Shown: positions 17,103 to 24,375 of the stretch, one piece after another
Layout of the letters: the number at the start of each line of letters is the position of its first letter
How positions within the stretch are numbered: position 1 is the stretch's first letter
NCBI GenBank assembly: GCA_964549955.1
Contig: CAZJXZ010000001.1
Span: forward strand, 1 to 45,757
Source of the DNA: an uncultured Eubacteriales bacterium
GTDB lineage: Bacteria > Acidobacteriota > Aminicenantia > Aminicenantales > Aminicenantaceae
Length of the DNA stretch: 45,757 nucleotides
Direction of reading: 5' to 3'
The notes under the pieces: generated by a model
What the model was told of the DNA's origin: nothing
Database searches by the model: none
What the model saw: the letters and a program-made list of their open reading frames with translations, nothing else
Program-made: the position numbers and the translations under genes

Positions 17103-18083
17103 ATGATCTCTGTGGCGCGCACTATGTCCCTGGCAAAACAGGCAATAAAAAATTATTTCCTAAAAATGCCCTTCTGCGTTTCTTTCGAAGTCACCTACCG
17201 CTGCAACGCCCGCTGTAAGCACTGCCATCTCGGAAGACAGGATGCGCCCCTCGAGGAGGAGAGAGCCCATCCTCAAAAATATGGAGAGCTCTGCCGCGAG
17301 CTCCAACCCGTGGTTGCTCAAGTCTCTGGAGGGGAACCTCTGCTCCGCAGAGATTTAGAGCAAATCGTTGGAGCTCTAAAAAGACCGAGTAGAGCTCCTT
17401 ATATTGTCCTGACCACCAACGGTGTCTTGCTGACAAAGAAAAGATACTTGAGCCTCAAAGGAGCTGGGGTGGACGAATTCTCCCTTTCCCTTGACTATCC
17501 TGACGAACGTCATGACGAATTCCGTGGTGTGCCAGGCCTTTTCAAAAGAATTGAAAATTTGATAAAAGAAATCAATTCGGGGAAAGAAAATTCTATCACC
17601 CTCAGCTGTGTGATCCAACATCATAACTTCAGGGAAATTATCCGCATGGCGGAACTGGCCAGACAATGGAAACTCAAGATGAACTTCAGCACCTACACCT
17701 GGCTCAGGACAAACAACAAGGAATTCTTGATCCCGAGGGAGGAATTAGCGGAGTTTAAAGCCCTTGTCAAAGAACTGCTTGACTTTAAAAGAAAATACAA
17801 AAACATCTATACCTCTGATTTTGCCTTTAAGAAAACGGTTGATTTCTTCGAAAAAGAATCAATTCCCAATTGTCGGGCCGGAGAAAGATTCCTTGTCGTT
17901 AATCCTAACGGAAGCCTTTCCCCCTGCGGCTTGATCATCCAAAACTATCTTTGTCAAAAAGAAGTCAAAGAAAACTTTCTCAAGAAAAATAGTTGCAGTT
18001 ATTGCTATACTGCCATACGTGCCAATTCTGAAAAGCCAGTGAAGTATCTCATCAGTGACAGTCTAAAGGTCCTTCGCTCATAA
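17103..18083 (+). CDS. Radical SAM enzyme with C-terminal Cys-rich (twitch/SPASM-like) domain
   Basis: CX3CX2C motif as CNARCKHC, plus GGEPLL and TTNG. C-terminal cysteines are NCRAG...SPCG...LCQ...CSYC. Confidence 0.8.
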   Translation: MISVARTMSLAKQAIKNYFLKMPFCVSFEVTYRCNARCKHCHLGRQDAPLEEERAHPQKYGELCRELQPVVAQVSGGEPLLRRDLEQIVGALKRPSRAPYIVLTTNGVLLTKKRYLSLKGAGVDEFSLSLDYPDERHDEFRGVPGLFKRIENLIKEINSGKENSITLSCVIQHHNFREIIRMAELARQWKLKMNFSTYTWLRTNNKEFLIPREELAEFKALVKELLDFKRKYKNIYTSDFAFKKTVDFFEKESIPNCRAGERFLVVNPNGSLSPCGLIIQNYLCQKEVKENFLKKNSCSYCYTAIRANSEKPVKYLISDSLKVLRS

Positions 18084-18118
18084 TATGAAATGAATTTTAT
18101 GAGCTTCACCAAAACTCA

Positions 18119-18799
18119 ATGAAAGACAATTATCATCTTCATACCGCCGCTCCTCCCAGAGCTAGTGAACTGCCCTCCAAAATCAAGATACTGATATTCA
18201 TGCTCGAAATCAGCTTGATAGCTGTTCTCCTTGGGCTATGGTTTAGCTCTGAGGCAATACAAAATAGCAAGAATTTATGGATACTCTTTTTTTACTGCTT
18301 TCCTTCTGAATTTTTTATTGCCATAGCACCCCATGAACCTGTGCTCCTCTATTTTGGCAAATTTTACTCGCCTCTGACAGTGGCTCTGGTCTCAGTAGCC
18401 GGCACAGTGCTCGCAGAAGCTATCAATTATTCTGCCATCAAATTCATTGCCGATTTAAGAGTGGCGAGGAAAGCCAGGCAGAGCAGAATCGTCAACAAAG
18501 TTGTGGACTTCTTCAACAAAGCCCCTTTTACCGCCCTTTTTGTGGCTGGATTCACACCCATTCCTTTTTATCCCTTCCGTTTTTTGGTCGTCTTAGCGAA
18601 TTATCCTTTGATAAAGTACCTGCTGGCTGTTTTTGTCTCCAGAACTCCCCGCTTCTTTCTTATCTCCTTAGTAACTTATGTTATAAAAATTCCTGATTAT
18701 CTCTTGGTCATTCTATTTATCATTCTTCTTCTGATATTGAACATTCCCCTTTTAATTAATTTCTTTAAAAATAGGCAGAAAAAAACGGATGCCGCCTAA
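18119..18799 (+). CDS. DedA/YqaA (VTT-domain)-like integral membrane protein
   Basis: Multi-TM protein. The segment PHEPVLLYFG...VAGTVLAEAINYSAIKF...FTALFVAGFTPIPFYPFRFL resembles the YqaA/DedA re-entrant-loop pattern. Confidence 0.55.
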   Translation: MKDNYHLHTAAPPRASELPSKIKILIFMLEISLIAVLLGLWFSSEAIQNSKNLWILFFYCFPSEFFIAIAPHEPVLLYFGKFYSPLTVALVSVAGTVLAEAINYSAIKFIADLRVARKARQSRIVNKVVDFFNKAPFTALFVAGFTPIPFYPFRFLVVLANYPLIKYLLAVFVSRTPRFFLISLVTYVIKIPDYLLVILFIILLLILNIPLLINFFKNRQKKTDAA

Positions 18800-19772
18800 G
18801 GCTCTGGTAACTGGAGGAACTGGCTTCATCGGAAGCCATCTGGTCGAAGCGCTCGTCGCTCGGAATTGGAGGGTGACTTGCCTGGTCAGAGCAACGAGCA
18901 AGATAGAACTTCTCAAGAAGTTTCCTGTTCAATTTGCTCTTGGCTCGGCCCAAGACCTTGAGAGCCTGGAAAAGGCTGTCCAGGGTCAGGATTTCATTTT
19001 CCACCTTGCCGGCCGAATCCGCTCAACCAGCCGAAAGGCCTATGACCTAGCCAACCATCAACTGACCAGGAATCTGGTCAAGGCTTGCCTCAGGAAAAAC
19101 AAGAGCCTTCGGCGTTTTGTCCATGTCTCCTCGATCTCTGCCGCAGGTCCATCTTTTCCGGGTTTCTATTCGGAGGAAAGCCAGCCAAGCTCTCCCAACT
19201 CAGAATACGGCCGGAGCAAGCTCAGAGGTGAGGAGGCGGTGCGCGAAACCCGGCATCTCATCCCGGCGACAATCATCCGTCCTCCCAACGTCTATGGGCC
19301 GAGGCAGCAGGAGACTGAACTCTTAGTCAAGCTCATCTCGAAAAGGATTGTCCCCATCCTCAAAGAGAAAAGAGCGGCGACCAGCCTGATCTACGTCAAA
19401 GACCTGGTTGAAGGCATACTCCAGGCAGCCCAATCAGAAAAGACAAAGGGCGAGGTTTATTATCTGACCGACGGCAAGGGCTATTCCTGGCGGGAAATCA
19501 TTTTAACCGCGAAAAAATTTGCCTTAAGAGAGTCGCTTTTTTTCCCTTTTCCTGAGGAATTCATCGTGGGCGCGGCCTTTCTCGTCGACATTTTCAATAA
19601 AACAGGCCTGGTCAAAATCTTTTTTGGCACAAAGCTCTGGGAGGCCATGGTCAAGACTCCCTGGCTTTTTTCGTCTTCCAAGGCAGAGAGGGATTTCGGC
19701 TTTCGAGCTCGGTATAGTTTGAACGATGGCATCAAGGAGACTGTGGAATACTACCGAAATCTTGTGCGCTGA
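18789..19772 (+). CDS. NAD(P)-dependent epimerase/dehydratase-family SDR
   Basis: Rossmann motif VTGGTGFIGSHL and catalytic Y-x3-K as YGRSK. The ATG overlaps the upstream stop by 11 nt, suggesting translational coupling. Confidence 0.85.
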   Translation: MPPKALVTGGTGFIGSHLVEALVARNWRVTCLVRATSKIELLKKFPVQFALGSAQDLESLEKAVQGQDFIFHLAGRIRSTSRKAYDLANHQLTRNLVKACLRKNKSLRRFVHVSSISAAGPSFPGFYSEESQPSSPNSEYGRSKLRGEEAVRETRHLIPATIIRPPNVYGPRQQETELLVKLISKRIVPILKEKRAATSLIYVKDLVEGILQAAQSEKTKGEVYYLTDGKGYSWREIILTAKKFALRESLFFPFPEEFIVGAAFLVDIFNKTGLVKIFFGTKLWEAMVKTPWLFSSSKAERDFGFRARYSLNDGIKETVEYYRNLVR

Positions 19773-19891
19773 GCGTCAAGAGCAGAGTCCAGACTCTATC
19801 TCCATAAAATTGAAGATATTAAAGAAAATTGCACTATTCTCATTTTTCTGATAAAAATTAAAATTCATTTAACTTTGTGTATAGGTTTCGA

Positions 19892-20827
19892 ATGTCGAAA
19901 GACGATTTTCTTCTAGCGCAAAACGTTTGCTGCGTTGTCAATCCCTGCGCCGCTCGCAACAAATGGCAGAGGAGAAAGAGGCTCAGAAGCTTTCTTCAGA
20001 AGAATCTCCCTGGTGAGGTCGTCGACATCGAGCTGAAAAAAGAAGAGATGATCAATCTGGTCAAGGAGAAGAGCCTTAAGAATAATGTCATCGTGGCTGT
20101 CGGAGGGGACGGGACCATGGCCGATGTCCTCCAGGGCATAGTTGACAGCGGAAGGTCAAAGGACATTCACCTGGGGATTATCCCCCTTGGAAGCGGCAAC
20201 GCTTTTCGAAAATCCTTTCAAATCTCCAGGAGTCTGAAAAAAGCTCTTAGAGTTCTGGCCGAAGGCCGGTCAAGAGAAATGGACCTGATCGACATCGAGG
20301 GAAAAGTAGCTGGCTTTGCCAGTGTCGGGGCAACAGCCCAGGTCACTCTTGAAAAGCTCCGGCACAGAACTCAAGGCCTGCTCGGCCACCTCCTGGCCTC
20401 GAGGATAATGCTCAGCCTTCCCCCTAAAGAACAGGAGATAGAGCTTTTCGACGGCCTGAACGATAATGGAGAACATTTTGATAGAAAAAAAATAAAGGCC
20501 AAGGTTTTCGATTGTATCATCGGCAAGACGAACTATTTTGGCTATAACTGGAAAGCCGCCCCAAAAGCCAGAATCGACGACGGTTTTCTCGATATCACTC
20601 TCCTCGAGATAACCGGGCCAAAATATTATCTCTTCTTTCCTCTCATCTATTTCGGCCTTTTCCAGAGAAGACAGAAGCATTTCAAGGCAAGACGGATGAT
20701 CGTCCGCGGCCGCGATTTGCCGCTTCAGTACAACGGCGAACTCCTCGGAGTCAAGGACAGCTTTGAGTTCAAAGTTCTTCCCCGCGCTCTGAAAGTCATC
20801 TGCCCCGCAAAGAAGGACTCAGGCTGA
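19892..20827 (+). CDS. Diacylglycerol-kinase-family lipid kinase (YegS/BmrU-like)
   Basis: DAGK catalytic motif VAVGGDGTMADVLQG and IPLGSGNAF. The ORF track begins at a GTG at 19877. The first ATG is at 19892. Confidence 0.8.
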   Translation: MSKDDFLLAQNVCCVVNPCAARNKWQRRKRLRSFLQKNLPGEVVDIELKKEEMINLVKEKSLKNNVIVAVGGDGTMADVLQGIVDSGRSKDIHLGIIPLGSGNAFRKSFQISRSLKKALRVLAEGRSREMDLIDIEGKVAGFASVGATAQVTLEKLRHRTQGLLGHLLASRIMLSLPPKEQEIELFDGLNDNGEHFDRKKIKAKVFDCIIGKTNYFGYNWKAAPKARIDDGFLDITLLEITGPKYYLFFPLIYFGLFQRRQKHFKARRMIVRGRDLPLQYNGELLGVKDSFEFKVLPRALKVICPAKKDSG

Positions 20828-20886
20828 ACTGTTCGATAAAACTTGCAACCATAATTTACAAATCAATTTCTTGCTTTCATCATCAA

Positions 20887-21060
20887 TTAATATAGTTTCG
20901 AATGTGAAAAGATCAGGAGCTTCTGATGCAGCATGTTCAGGAAAAGGACATCGTCTCCAAAGAATCCGCCCTTAAGGTAGGGCCAGTTGAGCAGAAGAGA
21001 AAAGATAATGAGTAAGGCTAAATAGAAAATCCCTCTATTTTTCTCTTTCTTTCTTTTCAT
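20887..21060 (-). pseudogene. 57-codon ORF resembling only the N-terminus of a GT-C (GT39/ArnT-like) membrane glycosyltransferase; possible gene remnant or small membrane protein
   Basis: MKRKKEKNRGIFYLALLIIFSLLLNWPYLKGGFFGDDVLFLNM has a basic N-terminus, one TM helix and a loop with an acidic pair. The ORF stops after 57 aa and overlaps the 3' end of the GH172 gene by 26 nt. Confidence 0.25.
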
Positions 21061-22243
21061 TCCCCCAGAGCTTTTGACTGCCAAGGGACTTTCTCCAAGC
21101 ATCACGCCATTTATGAATTTCCACGACTCCGATGGCAGGCATGTTCTGCCGCTCTTCCTTTGGTCTTAGAGCGGGGAAGGCTTTGTGCGGCTCTTTCTGA
21201 TACCAGTAGGCGACTGTGACCAGGTCCAGAGTCAGACAATTGTTGTGCCCGTGCTCGATGGTGGCCTTTAAAGATTTCTGGAAAGCGATCGGTGATTCGA
21301 GGAAGAAGCGGTAGCAGTGAGTCCTCCCCAGCCAGCCTGTTTCGTTATTGACCCGGGCATAGCCGAAATAGGGATGCATGTAGATTTCCTTCGGCGACCA
21401 GGAACAGCTGAAGAAATCTTCTGTGCCTGTGCCGTGAAGAGAAGGCGGCCACTTTTCGCCGTCGATGAAAAACATGTCATCGCCCTCTCCATACCACATC
21501 GGCGTCGGGCTCTCGACATAATAATTGACTCCGACAAAATGCCCCTGGCCTTCGATGGAAGCCATGATGTAGTTTCCTGCAGCGTCGGTGTTGGCTTCTT
21601 GATCCCCAAGAACGCGCCATTCATTCTCAGCTTGTGGCTCAGGCAGAGGCTCGGTCAATTCCCTGTTCCAGAAAGCATGGAAGCGGCCAAGTTCCGGGCT
21701 CAGGGAGTCATGCTTTTCATAATCGACATAATAATAGAAGGCATCGATCTGTTCGCTGGATTGATTCTCGACAGTGATCAGAGCGCCGCTCGAAAAGGGC
21801 ATGGGAAAATAGCAGTTGAGGGCATTCCCGTTTAAGGGGGAGGCTGCCAGAGGAAGAGTTAGGAGCGAATACTTCTCTCCCCAGCCCTGACCGAAGAAAT
21901 CGCCAATAGGGCATTCGACACTGGGCAATGGCTCCTTATCCCAATACATGCGCAGCACTGCATTTCTCCGTAGCATAGCGTCCTTGCAGGAAATCGTGAT
22001 CCAGATATGCTTGATGACTCCTGCCCCCTCGATTCGGGCCATCTCTGCCGTCTCACCTGGATTTATCACCAGTCGGTCAGCATTCTTTCCGCTGCGGTCG
22101 TAGCTTGAGATTCTCTTCGTCTGATAATTCTTCAATCGCGCCAGGTCATCCAGCAAGGAAGACGGCTTTTCCGCGGAGAACAAAAAATATTGGGCAGCAA
22201 AGATAAAGAAGACAGAGAGTAAGGCTAATCTTTTGAATTTCAT
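21035..22243 (-). CDS. DUF2961 / glycoside hydrolase family 172-like secreted protein
   Basis: Signal peptide MKFKRLALLSVFFIFAAQ. The typical N-terminal block is RISSYDRSGKNADRLVINPGETAEMARIEGAGVIKHIWITI. I prefer the ATG at 22243, preceded by GGAGGA. The ORF-track start is 22273. Confidence 0.75.
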   Translation of the reverse strand: MKFKRLALLSVFFIFAAQYFLFSAEKPSSLLDDLARLKNYQTKRISSYDRSGKNADRLVINPGETAEMARIEGAGVIKHIWITISCKDAMLRRNAVLRMYWDKEPLPSVECPIGDFFGQGWGEKYSLLTLPLAASPLNGNALNCYFPMPFSSGALITVENQSSEQIDAFYYYVDYEKHDSLSPELGRFHAFWNRELTEPLPEPQAENEWRVLGDQEANTDAAGNYIMASIEGQGHFVGVNYYVESPTPMWYGEGDDMFFIDGEKWPPSLHGTGTEDFFSCSWSPKEIYMHPYFGYARVNNETGWLGRTHCYRFFLESPIAFQKSLKATIEHGHNNCLTLDLVTVAYWYQKEPHKAFPALRPKEERQNMPAIGVVEIHKWRDAWRKSLGSQKLWGNEKKEREK

Positions 22244-22335
22244 CTTTCCTCCTTTTAAAGCATTTTCCCCCATTAATACTAAAAAAATAAGACGAGGTCT
22301 ATGAAAATTATTTACAGGCTGCGACGTCTGAAGGT

Positions 22336-22410
22336 GTCATTGCCAGGAACGAAATGAGGAAGCAATCTCATCAAACTAAGAGATTGCCACGCCCTTCGGG
22401 CTCGCATGAC
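22336..22410. repeat. Bipartite palindromic interspersed repeat, copy 1 (REP-like)
   Basis: Module A is GTCATTGCCAGGAACGAAATGAGGAAGCAATCTC (22336-22369). A 10-nt spacer follows. Module B is GAGATTGCCACGCCCTTCGGGCTCGCATGAC (22380-22410). GCAATCTC and GAGATTGC pair across the spacer. Module A is 31/34 identical to the reverse complement of 34428-34461. Confidence 0.85.
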
Positions 22411-22459
22411 AAGGTGATGCTCATCTCGCTTCCTGCCATGCTCTGCTTGCGGCTTCGGC

Positions 22460-23089
22460 TCACCCTGGCCGTGACACTTTTATTGCTGCCTTGTTTTGGA
22501 TTGAAGGAGGCATGACGATGGCTCCCCGAGCGAAGTCGCCGTAGACTTCAGCCTTCCCCTGAAGGAAGAGAAGGCCAACCAAAGCTGCGCTGACAGCATC
22601 GAGCTCATGGCCTGTGCTGTCTCTGCTCAGCTCCAAGACTCCAAGCCGCCGTAATCCCCTGCTCAGCCCGGAAAGATTATGCTTGACGCGGGGAATTTTC
22701 CAGATGTCCTGAGCGCCTCCAGGATAGACTTCGATAACTCTAAAGCCATCCTCTTCCATGATGCGCCGAAGCCTCATTCCCCTTTCGGTTAAGCTCCTCA
22801 TCGGTCCCAGAGTGATGGGGAAGAAAGGGATTTGCCTCCGCTTCAATTCCTCGTCGCAGGGGCGAAGATGGAATTTTGATTTTTGGTTGATCGATTTTCT
22901 TCCAGGCGGAAGAGTCAAAGGAGCATCGATAGCCACCAGCTCTGGCTTCTCTCTCCTGACCCAGGCTAAAATTTCTTCATCAGCGTAAAGAAGCGCTGTC
23001 TTCGCTTTCAATCCTTTGAGGAGGCACCAGCCGCTCGGACGACTGGGCACTCCAGCCAGGTCGATGCCGGCGGTCAGGAAATTTTTCAT
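22460..23089 (-). CDS. DUF429-like predicted RNase-H-fold nuclease
   Basis: N-terminal GIDLAG...GW, then ELVAIDAPLTLP, and C-terminal HELDAVSAALVG. This pattern matches DUF429/COG2410-type proteins as I recall them. Confidence 0.55.
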   Translation of the reverse strand: MKNFLTAGIDLAGVPSRPSGWCLLKGLKAKTALLYADEEILAWVRREKPELVAIDAPLTLPPGRKSINQKSKFHLRPCDEELKRRQIPFFPITLGPMRSLTERGMRLRRIMEEDGFRVIEVYPGGAQDIWKIPRVKHNLSGLSRGLRRLGVLELSRDSTGHELDAVSAALVGLLFLQGKAEVYGDFARGAIVMPPSIQNKAAIKVSRPG

Positions 23090-23165
23090 TTTGACTCCTC
23101 TCCGAGCAGAATTTTCTGTCCCGGGATAGACTTTTCTTTTTGTGGCTGGAACCCGGCGAAATTCT

Positions 23166-24092
23166 TTAGGGAGTTTTTATCGCTTCTTTGAGAGCCCTGA
23201 TAGTCGAAGCGGAGAAACTTCGCCCCGAAAGTTTTTCAATATCCTCAAAGGATTTTAGTTTTTCTCCCCCAAAAGAAACAGGTGCATGAGTCGAGAGCTT
23301 ATCATAGAGGTCGGCAAGGGCAATGATGCTGCTTCCGACAGGAATTTCGTTCAAGTCCTTATCTGGAACGTTCGCTTCCTTCACGTAATGAAGAAAATAG
23401 CCAAAAAGAAGAGGTTCGATTGTTCTCAATAATGATGCCGTAGCTCTCAGCAGCACCTGCTCCCAATCCACGGTCTGAGTCTCAGAGATTTTCAAATCGC
23501 TCTTCATGAAATCTGCAACTTCTTCAAAAAAAGGCAAGCTGGATTTCAAATCCCCGGCTTCATAGAGGAGAGCGGCTGATTTTATGTTCTCCACCTCAGT
23601 TGTGCGCAGCCCTGCAGCCTTGGCGATCTTTCCTGCAAGGAGAGAGACTCTCAAGGTGTGGGGTTTTTTTTCATCCGCAACCTCAAGATACTTGAGGATG
23701 ATTTTAAGTGCTCCCATGTAAGACCTTCTCATTTTTTCAATCTTCGCTTCTCTCTGCTCAGAAAGCCTGCCGATGATGGCTACGGTTAAAATCAAAAAAC
23801 TGGCCCAGGAGACGGTGGTAATCACCTCATCGACTGAAAGCTCCGCTTTAAAACTCATTATGATTTTGGAAAAAACCATATAGAGGAAGACCAGAGCGAC
23901 ACACAAGACCCCGACTAAAACTCCATTTCTCTTTCCGAGATAATATCCTGAAAGGATGACCGGAATGAAAAAAAAGTTGAGAAAAGCAAATTTGTAGTAG
24001 ACAAGGAAAGCAATGACCAGAATTCCGATGATAATGAGAAAGATGAGAAATAACTCAAAATGCTTTTTTACCAATTCTCCTGATTTCTTCAT
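23166..24092 (-). CDS. Polytopic membrane protein with a degenerate HD/HD-GYP-like cytoplasmic domain
   Basis: Four to five N-terminal TM helices. The next segment, HTLRVSLLAGKIAKAAGL...AALLYEAGDL, aligns to the H..RV...A..LA..LGL...AALLHDIGK block, but HD is replaced by YE. The C-terminal IPVGSSIIALADLYDKL resembles IP..ARI..VADVFDAL. Confidence 0.5.
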   Translation of the reverse strand: MKKSGELVKKHFELFLIFLIIIGILVIAFLVYYKFAFLNFFFIPVILSGYYLGKRNGVLVGVLCVALVFLYMVFSKIIMSFKAELSVDEVITTVSWASFLILTVAIIGRLSEQREAKIEKMRRSYMGALKIILKYLEVADEKKPHTLRVSLLAGKIAKAAGLRTTEVENIKSAALLYEAGDLKSSLPFFEEVADFMKSDLKISETQTVDWEQVLLRATASLLRTIEPLLFGYFLHYVKEANVPDKDLNEIPVGSSIIALADLYDKLSTHAPVSFGGEKLKSFEDIEKLSGRSFSASTIRALKEAIKTP

Positions 24093-24308
24093 TTCTTCAC
24101 CCCCTTAAATAACCCTGTCACACACTTCTCCTTGATAGCATAAATCCTACACAAGCGTTTTTTAAACTTATATCATCTCGATGAGGTTAAGTCAACCTGG
24201 ATTTGGTTCGAGGTAAGCATTTTTCTTCCGTGATGAAAAACCTTATTATGGCTCAGGCTGGGTATCTCGGGGACAAAAGGGGACAGTCCACTTTTTTAAC
24301 TTTTTTCA

Positions 24309-24317
24309 TGGTATAAT
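24309..24317 (+). promoter_or_regulatory. Extended -10 promoter element TGgTATAAT upstream of sppA
   Basis: Exact TGnTATAAT at 24309-24317, 59 nt upstream of the ATG. No good -35 element is present. Confidence 0.4.
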
Positions 24318-24335
24318 TTTAGACTATTTAAAATA

Positions 24336-24363
24336 AAAAGAGGGGACAGTTGTCCCCTTTTCC
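24336..24363 (+). promoter_or_regulatory. Leader hairpin AGGGGACA-gt-TGTCCCCT flanked by A/T runs, immediately 5' of the sppA Shine-Dalgarno
   Basis: 7-8 bp GC-rich stem at 24341-24358, extendable by AAAAG/TTTCC. The SD AGGAGG is at 24366-24371. Confidence 0.4.
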
Positions 24364-24375
24364 TTAGGAGGAAAG

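Noticed and set aside
19881-19905. About 22-nt direct repeat, TATAG(G)TTTCGAATGT(C)GAAA(A)GA, at the start of the lipid-kinase gene and again at 20891-20914 just after it. This might suggest gene insertion or target-site duplication.
   Set aside because: It needs three indels. By my rough estimate, dozens of equally good gapped matches are expected by chance in a 45-kb AT-leaning window. There are no other mobile-element hallmarks.
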